NCBI GenBank assembly: GCA_020137815.1 | Contig: CM035359.1 | Coordinates: 7,626,001-7,690,000 of the forward strand | Reading direction: 5' to 3' | From: Hormiphora californensis | Taxonomy: Eukaryota; Animalia; Ctenophora | Length of the DNA stretch: 64,000 bases | Part shown: positions 14,601 through 27,000 of the stretch, piece after piece | Layout: each line of letters opens with the position of its first letter | Numbering within the stretch: the stretch's first letter is position 1 | The notes under the pieces: generated by a model | What the model was told of the DNA's origin: nothing | Seen by the model: only the letters and a program-made list of their open reading frames with translations | Databases searched by the model: none | Position numbers and translations under genes: made by a program

Positions 14601-15392
14601 GCATGGGTTGCCTGCCACGGATTGAAGAAAGTCTGGAACTCAGATCTGAACGACGAACTAAAGTGCAGGTTATTTGTTGCTACTGTCGAAACCGTCCTCC
14701 TCTATGGCTGTGAAACATGGTCCCTCACCAAGCAAATGGAGAAGAGCCTTAATGGAACCTACACTAGGATGCTGAGAATGGCGCTCAACAAGAACCAGTG
14801 GCAACTCCGTATGACCAATGGAACGTTGTACGGTATTGGAGGGTTACCAATTCTCAGCACTAAAATAGCAGAACGCAGACTACGTCTAGCCGGTCATGCC
14901 CAACGCCATCCTGAGCTGACCCTCCACAAAGTCCTTCTTTGGGAACCGCTCCATGGTCAAGCCAAACGTGGCAGGCCTACGAAAACCTTTGTGGACGTTT
15001 TACGGCGAGATACGGGTCTGGGTGACGTGAAGGAGATAGCCTCAGTGATGGAAGAACGTGATGCGTGGAGAAAACTTGTTCAAGGCGTTCGGGAATTCCA
15101 CCCGCCTTAAGTCAAGTAAGTCAAGTTGTATCTTACCCTTCTTCTTATTACTCTACATCTTTCTATTTCTATCTCTACCTCTAACTCTCTCTATCTCTCT
15201 ATCTATCTATCTCTATATCTCTCGCTCTCGTTTTCTAAGTGCTTTAATTCAGGCTATTGCACGATGATGCATCCCCACAGATCGAGATTGCTACTTCACA
15301 GATTGCTTCAGAAGTGTGTTGAATTCAATAAACACATGGTTCGAGATTATGGAAACAACTTATTGGTAATCGACTACTATACCAAGTTCTAA
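11647..15392 (+). CDS. Putative spliced fragment resembling the N-terminus of NWD1/NWD2 (DUF4062-like); RTE copy 1 lies in its intron
   Basis: Exon 11647-11749 (MTVDLQAWERSLLTG...MKIFLSD, phase 1, donor GTTAAT) joins in phase to the exon from 15253 (TTCAG|...RDYGNNLLVIDYY). Similarity to the NWD-type IFIS...ENYGLEFQVIDLYWG motif was judged by eye only. Confidence 0.3.
11841..15125 (+). mobile_element. RTE-clade non-LTR retrotransposon, apparently full length (copy 1)
   Basis: Single APE+RT ORF, short 3' tail TAAGTCAAGTAAGTCAAG, and a 9-bp target-site duplication TTGTATCTT at 11832-11840 and 15126-15134. Confidence 0.9.
12188..15110 (+). pseudogene. RTE endonuclease/reverse transcriptase ORF (973 aa if repaired) with a +1 frameshift near 12365
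   Basis: APE motifs GTFNCRT, GIQE, GDFNA, LDYI, SDH; RT motifs QNGFR, IDFVKAFDS, GVLQGDTLAP, FADD, FKYLG. Copy 1 has gccaggactc where copy 2 has gccagactc (one extra G). Confidence 0.9.
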
Positions 15393-15526
15393 AGAATGAT
15401 GGTCGGGTCGTACAAATTCAGTTTAATAAGAACTATGGAGTATTAGAAATCAAATAAAAGAGAGTGGCTGTAGAATGATAAGAATGAAGTATTCTGTTTA
15501 TCAATCTCATTCACAAGTACACACTT

Positions 15527-15609
<83 letters not shown>

Positions 15610-15654
15610 AAGAGAGAGATAGAGATAGAGAGAGAGAAAGATAGAGAGAGGGGA

Positions 15655-15759
<105 letters not shown>

Positions 15760-16173
15760 AGAGATAGAAACTCAAACAGAGAGACGAAGGGGAACAGAGA
15801 AAGAGCCAGAAAAATATCAGAGTAGAGGTTCATAAAATATTCATTCAATTTATTGGATATTATATGCAGCGTATACTTGATACAAAGACGACAACTTTTA
15901 GCAAAAAACAAGCATTTCAAGCAACATTCTCCAAATTGCTCGACAAGAGTTAAGAACAAAAAAGAAAAAAAAACAGATGAAAGTAAACCCACTCTACCAT
16001 ACTGTTTGAACTGTCTCCTAGTTTCAAGCAGCAAAGACATGGCCACAATTATCAACGAATTCAACGTCTAAACTTAAGTCTGTTCCCAGGTAAAAATTTA
16101 AAAAAATTCTAAACAACAAAATGGACAAGTTGAAAACGAAGCAAATCATGTTTCCATCATGCAAAATAAGTAC

Positions 16174-19100
16174 CCTGCAGGTAGCTGTGCTGTGTTCTCT
16201 GATGTGACAGGATTTGCAATGACACTTCCCTCCCCTACTTGATCAGATGATGGAGAACTGAGCTGGTTGAATAACGGGTTGAGAAGTGCCGGACACAGAC
16301 TACCAAGGTTGGCATGTTCGGTCAGCGAGCTGGAGTGCTCCCTGGAGAGAGATGGAATGAAAACTTGGTAACTGTGTTATCTAAAGGGATTACCAATGAC
16401 TAACAATTGTTACCTCTTAGGCATTAGTGACAGCAGGGTGGATGGAGCAGTGTTTTTCTTCTCGGGTAATGGCGGCAGTTTTCCTCCCCGAGACTGCCTC
16501 CTAATTGGCGGGGGTTTATCGGCTGATCCGTCCAGGTTTAGGTTACGAGAGATGTTAGCAAGGGAAATTCGACGACCCGTTCTACCCGGCATTATCCAGA
16601 ATATATCGTTATATTATCCCGCTACTACTCGAGATGATTCAAAGAGCAAAGACAAAGGTGAAATGTCAGAGAAACGAGGAGCAAAGTAAACAAAAATCTG
16701 GATGGGACTCTCCTTCTTCTTATAAGATGTATCAGGGACCGACCTCGCTCCATATATGGGCATCAGCTTTTCCATATTAGGAAGTTGATATCCGTGACCT
16801 CCACAATTCTGACTGGTAATGACCTTAGATGCTTCTGTAGCATGTCATGTGCTTCCAGCTCCTGATTCATACCCATGAATATTATCTTCCTTCTTCTCTT
16901 TTACAGCTTATGACTGCCAATGAATGAGGCCATAAACATCGGTATAATTTTAGCACCTAATAAAAACTGAAGTTCAAGAAAAGCCTATACCCAAGGAACT
17001 AGGGCGGGAATAATAATGTTGAAAGGTTTGTTACTAAGCTTTGTAGAACAATATTGCGGTGCCTCTTCAGTTCATGCATAGCTGAAGACACAGGAAGAGA
17101 ATATATTTATTCAAAAGTTCCAATTAGAAACTTGCCGCATTTGGAACTTTGTAAAAGAGCTACATTTCTATATTGAGAGCTGCTACTAAAGTACTTATTA
17201 TTGTGAGGTCACTATCATGACTTTAAACGTTACTATCCTGTGCAGCTCTTCTCTCGAAAACTAAAAGCAAAAACAGTTAAAGTAGTAGGAAAGGTGTTAG
17301 AAATTACTTCTCTCTTATAGCTTAAATTAGTTTAGAAGAGGCAATATAGTACAGTAGAAAGAAGTTAAGTCGAAAATCACATAATCACTTAATGATGAAA
17401 TCTCTTGAAACATTACGAGGTATAAAACTCACATTCCGGTCAAATTAAGGAGGAGGATACGCCTCAATAAAAACTACAATTACTACACCTGATACTATCC
17501 TACTCTGCTACTGATACTATCTTGCTCTGTTAACAAAGCTGTGTGAGGCTGATACTATCTTGCAAATACAGCTGAAGCAGCAGGGGTGGACAGAAAATTA
17601 AAACTGTGACGTGCCACAATTTAGAAGAATTCAGTACTTTCCTGCAGAAATTGGAAATAGAACGAGATACAACGTACGGGAGGACCGGAGACAGTGGGCG
17701 TCAACCGTCATAGTTGCAGGAACCGGTGTATTGTGTGGTGGGACTGGATAATTGAGTTTAGAGGGGAGACGACAGCAGAGCACACGTTCAGAGCTATAAC
17801 TCATATACTGTCACTAATTTGTATGTCGGCAGACACCCCACCACAAGTCCTGAGAAAACTAGTATACTTTTGGGAGCTCAGTAGTGGCCCTGAATCGGGG
17901 TCATAGAGGATGGACTGAATCGTTTTTAGAAAGCGTTTAGTGTCTTTAGTAACGCCTTGTCAATAGTAAGACCTTAGAAAGGGTGGAACAAAAACGCGAA
18001 AAGGCCAGTACTGAGTAGCTTGAATTGTGTGAGACATAAAAAGTTCTGTCAGCACCAATTTTATGCAGTATTATAGGTCAACCATGGTCAGAGTGAGAAA
18101 CGTTTTTATAGTGTGTCAAAGTGAGATAAACGTCACACCAAGCAGTTTGATACGCAATATATTATTCAACTGGATACAAATTTCTAGATTTGTATGTAGC
18201 TCAATTCGAGCGTGATTAGATCAACTGCTACTCGACCATCTCTCTCACTAGGATTCATTTCATCTAGGTAATTGATCAGCATAAAACTGCTATATTACTT
18301 AAAAGCTACGACAAACTAGACCAATATAATATCCGACCAACGTCTAATTGAAACTGCATCTGAAGATCACTCTTGACAAAAACACACTCTTGACTACTGA
18401 TATAGCTTTGACTACAGCTGATATAGTTGACTACTGATATAGTTGACTACTGATAAAGTTATACACAGAACACGCATAGGCACTTTCAACTGCAGAACAC
18501 TCCGAACAGCTGACAAAGTCAGCGAGCTGGCTTATCAATTCTCTAAACATGGTATTGGTCTTTTGGGTATTCAGGAGCACCGAATTGTCCATCCAGAGAC
18601 TGTTAAGAGAACCCAGGCTGGGCCAGACTCAATCCTATTAACATCGACAGCCTGGCGGAATAGTAATGGAGCGTCTGTTGGAGGGGTCGGAATCTTAATG
18701 GGGACCAATGCATCGAAGCTCATTGTTGAGACAAGAGTGGTTTCTAATCGGATCCTGGCCGTCACCTTCGCCGGCAATCCCAAGCTAACGCTTGTTACCG
18801 TATACTCACCGACAGAGGGTGCCGAATTTGATGAAGTAGAACAGTTCCATAACGAGCTAAGAGAATATCTACACGAAGTACCTGCTCACAATCTCCTGAT
18901 TGTTTGTGGCGACTTCAACGCTCGCCTTGGTTGGGAAGGAACTAGTTCTGGATGGTACTATCATCGTACCACCAGCCGTAACGGTGTCCTTCTGAAGGAA
19001 ACTATGGAGGAAACCAACTTGGAGGCCACCAACATTAGATTCCGGAAGAAGAAGAGTCGTTTGTGGACATTCCTGTCGGACGGGACACAGCGGAAGGCCA

Positions 19101-22100
19101 CCCTGGATTATATACTAATAAGGAAGAAATGGAGGAATAGTATTAAGGACACCACGACGTCCGAGGCGTTAAGCTCCCTTGGATCTGATCATCGGTTGCT
19201 TATCGCCAAGGTCAAACTCACCCTACGGAAGAGGAAGACTCTGCCAGGAAGACCGAATCTCGACTATGGTCCTCTCAGAACCGACCCGGACCTGAGGGAT
19301 CGTTTCTCTGTTGAGGTTCACAACCGATTTTCCTGTCTAGCATCTACTGCTGAAGACGACCCAACTACGAACTATGGTCACTTCATTAGCGCAGTACAGG
19401 AAACGAGTAAAGCTCTCCTTGGGAAGAAGCGAAAACGTCTGAAAGACGTTGTGGCAGAGGATTATAGAGTTAAGCGAGTGAGGACAGAGTTGGAGTGCGC
19501 CAGTAAGGAGTATCACGAAGCACCAGACGAGAGGACGAGGACCAGAGTAAATAGGGCGAAGGAGGGGCTATCGGGGGCCTATGGAGAGGTTGAGTCGGAG
19601 ATTATTGAGGGTAAGATTAGGAGGGTAGAGGATGCTGCTAGGAATGCTAAGTCACGAGAAGTTTGGAGGATAGTTAACGAGGTCTCTGGTAGAAACCTGA
19701 GGACAGCTAGTCAGTTGGAGGGGGGCTCACCGGAAGAGAGGAATGATATATGGTTGAATCACTTCCGAACCCTACTAGGGTCTACACCATCAGGGTCATC
19801 AGACACGGAAGTCGAACAGCTCTTCCCCCCGGCGGACATCTTCACTGGCAGCTTCACTCTTGAGGAATATCAGAGGGCCAAGAAGAGGATTAAGGAGGGG
19901 AAGGCTTATGGGGATGACAGCATCCCTCCTGAGGTTCTGAAAAGGTGTGATCTGGATGAGATAGTGTTGGGGTTTTGTAACGGTGCTTTAGAAGGTAAAG
20001 GTATTCCAGAACAATGGACAGTGAGTAACATCATTCCTGTCCCGAAGAAGGGCGACCTGTCCAAGCCTGGGAACTACCGTGGTATTGCACTGACTTCAAT
20101 AGTTGCTAAAACGTTGAACAGGATGCTACTACATCGCATCCGGCCCTACATTGAGACTAAACTCCTTGACTCCCAGAACGGATTCCGAGAGGGACGCTCA
20201 ACCACCAGTCACATCTTAACACTGAGGAGGATACTGGAGGGTGCGAGGAGGAAACAACTCCCGGTAGCCATGGCTTTCATCGACTTTGTTAAAGCGTTTG
20301 ATAGTATCAACCGTTCCAGCCTGATCAAAATCTTAAGGGCATACGGCATACCAGATGCGATCGTCGATCTTATCCAATGGCTCTACACTAACACCAAAGC
20401 GCAAATCCTTACAGCTGACGGCGTTACTGCTATATTTGAGATCGTGGCTGGTGTCTTACAAGGCGACACATTGGCCCCGTATCTCTTTATCATAGTGCTG
20501 GACTATTGCTTACGGATAGCACTCAGTAGACACCCGGAGATCGGTTTCACTCTGAGACCTGCTAGGAGTAGGAGAGTTGGGGCATCCAGAGTTACTGACA
20601 CTGGCTTCGCGGACGACGTGGCCCTGCTGGCAAACTCGGTTGAGGAGTTAGGGGTTTTACTTCGTGAGGTTGAAACGGTATGTAAGGAGGTTGGTCTGGC
20701 TATTAACCAGAACAAAACGGAGCTCATAGTGGAGAACATCCCAGATCCAGAGCTGACACTCCACAAAGTCCTCCTTTGGGAGCCTACTCACGGTCAATGT
20801 AAACGTGGCAGGCCCTCGAAAACCTTTGTAGATGTTCTACGGCAAGATACGGGTCTGAGAGACGTGAAGGAGATAGCTTCAGTTATGGAGGAACGTGATG
20901 CGTGGAGAAAACTTGTTCAAGGCGTTCGGGAATTCCACCCGCCTTAAGTCAAGTAAGTAAGTAAGTCAAGACTGATATGGCTGACTACTGATATAGTTGA
21001 CTACTGATATAGTTGACTACTGATATATAGTTGACTACTGATATAGTTGACTACTGATATAGTTGACTACTGATATAGTTGACTACTGATGACAAAACAG
21101 GCCATTTCACAGGTGGTCACGCACAGCAATAATTGACACGGGGGCAGGTTGTTGTATCATGTGTCCTAATCACGTTTATTGTCAGAGAGTGAGTCGTGTG
21201 ACGTGCAATATCTCCTCTATTATGGCCCTGTTTGACTGGGTGGCTAATGAGTCGGCGTAAAAGTGTCAAAGTGATGATATATATATATATGCACTGAATA
21301 ACTGTATCAGAATGACAAAACCTAATGTGACATTATACGTTGCAAGTTGTGTCGATGACAGCGATCAGAATATTAGGACACGGAATACGTAATGAAAATC
21401 AATTAAACTCCACACTTAGCACTTCACCACCAGAGCTGCACACAATTAGGACCAGAGCTGTGGGAAAAGGATCATAATGCACTGACTCCATTATAACATG
21501 TATAACAAATCTGTGTTGACATCATTCGACGATTTGATCTAGTATTCATGATAATTATGTTGTTCTTACTCTATAACTAAGAAACATACGACTGGGTACT
21601 GACGTGGGTTTATTAAAAGATTGGTGTCAATCAGTCTCTGTGAAGGAGTTAATAGTTCACTAAATTAGGATATATCAGAGACCTATATAGGTTCCCTAAC
21701 AATGGCCCTAGATCAAAAGATCTTGAGCTATTGGTCTACACGAGGGTTCGAGACGAAAAGTTAATTTAGCCGGAAATGGGAGATTACAACAAATTATAGG
21801 CCACAATTATTGGCCACATTAAATGATCTTATATTAAATATCGCGGACAAATTATATGATCGGTTCTCCATAGACATGCACACATACTTTCCCAGAATCT
21901 CAGCTGTGAAGTGAAAAAGAAGTTAGAAGAGCAATGTAGGTACAATGGTACCAAGGTTAAACCCCTAAAATGGGGGGGGCCAACGCTCATTTTTTATATA
22001 TTTTTATATATTTTATATACCTTTTTTTTGGGAAAAAAAAACATAATTTTTTATATATATAAAATATATAAAAATATATAAAAATACATATGAATATATA

Positions 22101-23994
22101 AAAATATATAAAAAATATATAAAAAATATATAAAAATATATAAAAAATTGTGCCGAAAGTGTGAAAACAGAAAGCTGTTTTTCGCCATAGCGGGATCAAA
22201 TATCATTCAATTGATCTCAAACTTGGTCAGCATCTTCATCTAGATAATCCTGATGATTTTCCGTCATCAATGTGACGTTTGTAACATCGTGACGTCGCGT
22301 CAATAACGTCATGACGTCAAAATGACGTCAAAAATGATTTGTTTTTTTAGTTTCGCGATCCCAACCTCTCTTCACCAGTTCTAGTACAGTCGGACCCCGA
22401 TTTAGGGGCCCCCGATTTAGGGGCACCCCGATTTAGGGACAGGATTTTTTTCCCCCAAAAATTTTTTGAATTTTTTTTGTGAAATTTTTTGTGAAATTTT
22501 TTTGAAAATTTTTCAAAAAGATACCAGCCACGTCCGAATCGTGTTTCGAATCAGTGAATCTTATCGCATGTCCTGCTGCTAATTAGACGGTTGTCGCTTC
22601 GGAACGAACTGATACGTGATCCACATGGGGCCATTGAATCACAAGTTCACCAAGCGTCAAAATTTCGATTCGATGGGGATCACGTTTCGATTCGTTCCGA
22701 ACCGTCTAATTAGCAGCAGGAGATGCGATAAGATGCACCGATTCGATACGCGATTCGGACGTGGCTGGCATACCTTTAAAAAATTTTAAAATATTTTTGC
22801 AAAATTTTACAGTACGATTGTCAATGCTTTGATCGGTGCTCCCCATAAATTTTGAGAGAAAAAGTTATTTTGAAATTTTGATACTTCCTCACCCGCTTAG
22901 GGTGCCCCGATTCGGCATGGTATCACGTATCGGTTCGTTTGGAATCCACTAATTAGACAGGACATCCAGTAAGCTGCACCGATTCGAAACACAAATCGGA
23001 CGGGCTGGTATAACTTAGAAAATTTTTAACATTTTTTTGAAAAAAAACTATTTTATATTTTTCTATTTCTAATCAGAAATGATGATGTCATCAATACATG
23101 AATATTGCATATAACAGTTAGAGGTGTCTTTAGTCTTAATAATATAGCATTTTGGGCATAAAATAGGTTTTTATGGGCTAAATATGGCTCACCCCGATTT
23201 AGTGGACACCCCGATTTAGTGGACAAGACCCTTTCCCCCGAGGGTGTCCCTAAATCGGGGTCCGACTGTACATCTGCACGGATCAACATACAAAAAATGA
23301 TTGAAATCACACCAAAACTGGTAGATATTATTAGGCCGGAACCTCTCTTCACCAGTTCTACTTTTGACAGTGCATAATTCACTTTTGAACACATTCTCAA
23401 TTATGTAAAACAGCTATCACCCTCTCAAACACTTAAATTAACTCTATGAAACATATTCAAGTGAACAATAGATGAAAATAATCCCCTTTTTTGAAAGTAA
23501 AAGGGGTGAAAAAAGGGTTTATTTTATATATTTTTATATATTTTTTATATAACTTTATATATTTTTATATATTTTATATATTTTTATATATTTTTATATA
23601 TATATAAAAAATTCCAAAATTAAGGAAATATATAAAAAATTCGTTGGCCCCCCCCCCTAAAATCCCCCTAATACCTGTGTGGTGGTTCGGGCGGTGGAAG
23701 TTTTAAGGGGGGTGGCCGTTTCCGCTGTTTCCGTTTTCCTTTTTTCTTCTTCTTGGGACTGGGAAGATATCCCTGGGATTCAGAGTGACCTACTGTCCAA
23801 TCCATGTTGGCGAGGGATACCCGACGAGTCATTATTATATCGACTTAAAACATGTGTTAGGTGAAAAGCCAAGAAACTAGAAAATTTATAAAGAAATGGC
23901 CGAGATTGAGATTGAGAGTAAGAGAGGGAGAGTAAGAGAGGGAGAGTAAGAAAGGGAAAGTAAGAGAGTGAGAGTAAGAGAGAGAGAGAGAGAG

Positions 23995-24039
<45 letters not shown>

Positions 24040-27000
24040 AGAGAGGAGAGAGATGAGAGAAGAGGCTATGCTAGCAGTGACACGCTAGAGCAGAGCTACG
24101 ATGAGAGAAATAAAAAGAGACCAGACGACTAAGACGCGAGTAAGACGTCGTCCCTAAGGATGAGCTTAGCTTCCGATGGAGCGGTCCGCCGGCGGCTGCT
24201 CCAGCGCCGCTTCTCTCGTGCTCTCGTCGCCCTTCTCTCCCTCTCTCTCTATCTTATATCCCGCCTGACTCTCTCCCCTCTCTATCTTGCTTTGCGCCCT
24301 CTTCTCCTCTCTCCTCTGCTCTCTCCTCTGCTCGATCGAGGAGAGAGAGAGATAAAGATATCAAATAAGACCACATTTTTTATTTGATTGTGGTCGGAAG
24401 CGGAAAGCATGGCGGTCGGAAGTCTCTACTAGAAACATCCCATCTGTGGTTTATCAAAAGAACACGTCACATACCAACAGTAGACTACAATTCAAAAACT
24501 AGTTAACAAGGCAAACAAAACCTTAGCTCATTTAAAATGAGTTAAATGAGTCATTTTATAGCAAACGTCTTAGAGTTGCCTTACTCGACCCTGTTTTACA
24601 AATTTAAAGGAGAACGTAACAAAGGCAGAGAGGAGCGGCACAGTCAGTAAGAACGACAACCAGTTATATAAAGTTCTCAGCTTATTGCTACTAATCGATT
24701 TAACCTATACACACTTTTCTGAGGAATTAAGTTATTCAAAGGAGGCCGCTAAAGTGCTCAACCCCAATTTAACACCCAACCAACCACCACACCCTAACTG
24801 TTACCCACCCGTTACTTACATGATAATGTCAGCAGTGTGGAATGAGTCATTGGTTGCCAGGGACAACGCATCTTCGGCCGCAGCAACGAGAACTTGTTTA
24901 GCCCGGTACCCCAACAGGAGGGATAGTAGCCGCTCTTTTCCCGCCTGAAATAGGAAGTGTGAGATGAAATGCGTTAAAGATGAATGACGCCGACTATTTT
25001 AGTTCTAGCTACAATTATTGTAAAAATGTGCAGAAGATTTACCGCAATAAGTAGAGCACGGTTTTCGATAATAGTTTGAATGATGTTTCCAGGCATTTTG
25101 AAGGCTTTTATCGAATTGTTCAGAGTCTCAGACAATTCATAACTATGCAAATAAAGCTTGAAAAGGTTTGAAACAAATCAGGGCAATCTTTATGAGGAGA
25201 TATAGTGCGGGTATGTGTTGTAGCTAGTAAAACCTAACAAATAACATAATATAATATTCGGATGACGGGGCATCTACTCTGCAACTACAACTCTCAGAAC
25301 AAATATATAGGTTCTCACATTTAATACCAGAAATAGCCTATATATTGGATGAACCACAGTTAACTAACGGAAGAGCCCAATGGAAATGGTAAGCTTTACA
25401 TATTGCCGAGAATAGGAGAGAGCATTCGAGCTATGAGTGGAAAGAGAGAGAGATGAGTAGACAGAGAGAATTGGATAGACAGAGAGACCTGGTTAGAAAG
25501 AGAGTAATGGTTAGACAAAGATGATTAGGGAGACAGAAACGACATATAAGGAATGACTCCAAAAAAGAAAGATGCGAGACCCGTACAATAACTGTCCACA
25601 TGCTATGACATAATTTATATACCACTTATCAGCTCGTTATGAAGGACTTGGTACTTAGAGTTTACACAGTACCCCGACACACCTACTACATCTGAAAGTA
25701 CTTAAATCATCATGGCACAAACACTGTCATGAAACGGACATCATTGATCATCTTGCAATTCGGTGCAGAAAAAATAGTGGAAGAAAGGCCTGGAAATATG
25801 CATGTCCACACGATAAAAAAGGTACTAAAAGGGGTACTATAATAAAAAGTGATGTATAGCTGTGATGTACCCTAAGATGAGATTTCTTGGTGGGAGTAAA
25901 GACATCAGGTGTGTAAACTGGCGTACTGCAAGTAGACCCCGGGTCCTCCTCAAGTGGGGCATTGTGTCCCCGCAATAGCGGGCCAATGTATCTTGGAGGT
26001 GATTCGGGTGTCCCGGAAGAGAAGGAAGGGGAGGATGAAAGGGGGAACAACTCCGGGGAATCAAATGGTGAGCCAGTTTGGTGTTTTGGTGGTTCTGGTC
26101 TCGTTAGAGTTTTAACTTTTATTGGCTGGGAGGGGAGGGTAGAGGCGGGTGTGGGTCGAGGTGGGCCTTCTTTTAATGTTTGCAACTCCGAAGACGCATC
26201 TCTCTTGTTTTCGTTTTTGTGTTCGTATTTACTACTGCAGCTGCTATTGTTTGTCCCAGTCTGCTGAACATCATCATTGTTGCTAGAACTCCCCTCCGTG
26301 GCTCTCTTACTATCCCCGAACCCAAGATGTTCCTTCAAGAAGTGTAGTGGTACAGTTATAACGTTCAGGGAATCCCGCTTCATCCTGTATAGTAGTGCAG
26401 AACTTCCCCTGTGTCCCTCTTCCACGGGCTGGATTCCAACTGCAAATCTGTCAGAGGTTATTGGACCGGTAGGAATTTCAATTTCAGGTGTGGGGGTGAA
26501 CACAACTGGTCGGGAGGGTGCGTGAAGGATGGAGTGAAGATGGAGTCGTGGCGGGGGTTGCGGAGGAATTTCAATCATCTCCATAGCAACCCCTTCTATG
26601 GGAGGTGCAGATGGAATGACACCAGGAACATAAAACTCAGCCCGAATCTTAGCCAGATCCTCATTCAACTGATTCAAATCTTTCTGATATTGTTCGCTAT
26701 CCCCACTACTCGTTATATCTGCCTCTACAATCGTATCATCATAACTGTCCTCATCAAATCCGGAGAGAGTGATAACCGGAGACAATTCATCCTCGGAATC
26801 CTCCTGAACGAACTCTAAAACCTCCTCTAGATTCCCCTCTTTACTGTCTAGTCCCCGGAATCTAACCCGCCGCTTTTTGGTGACATTGAAGAATTGAGCT
26901 TTCCTCCGGGTCGGTTGTTTTATAATGCTACCGGGTGATTTTAGTAGTGGGGCCATGGTAACGGCAGATTCAGACGGTGACGTAATAGCAACACCACCTG

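Noticed and set aside
21700-21760. Pol III A/B-box-like motifs (GGTTCGAGAC) suggesting a tRNA or SINE
   Set aside because: No cloverleaf, tail or TSD discernible.
23053-23400. 115-aa ORF containing QSDPDLGTPSGERVLSTKSG
   Set aside because: Translation through a MITE terminal repeat, not a gene.
24060-24340. GC-rich core between GA and TC tracts as a foldback element or ncRNA
   Set aside because: Irregular and noisy, with no defined termini; most likely poor consensus across a microsatellite.
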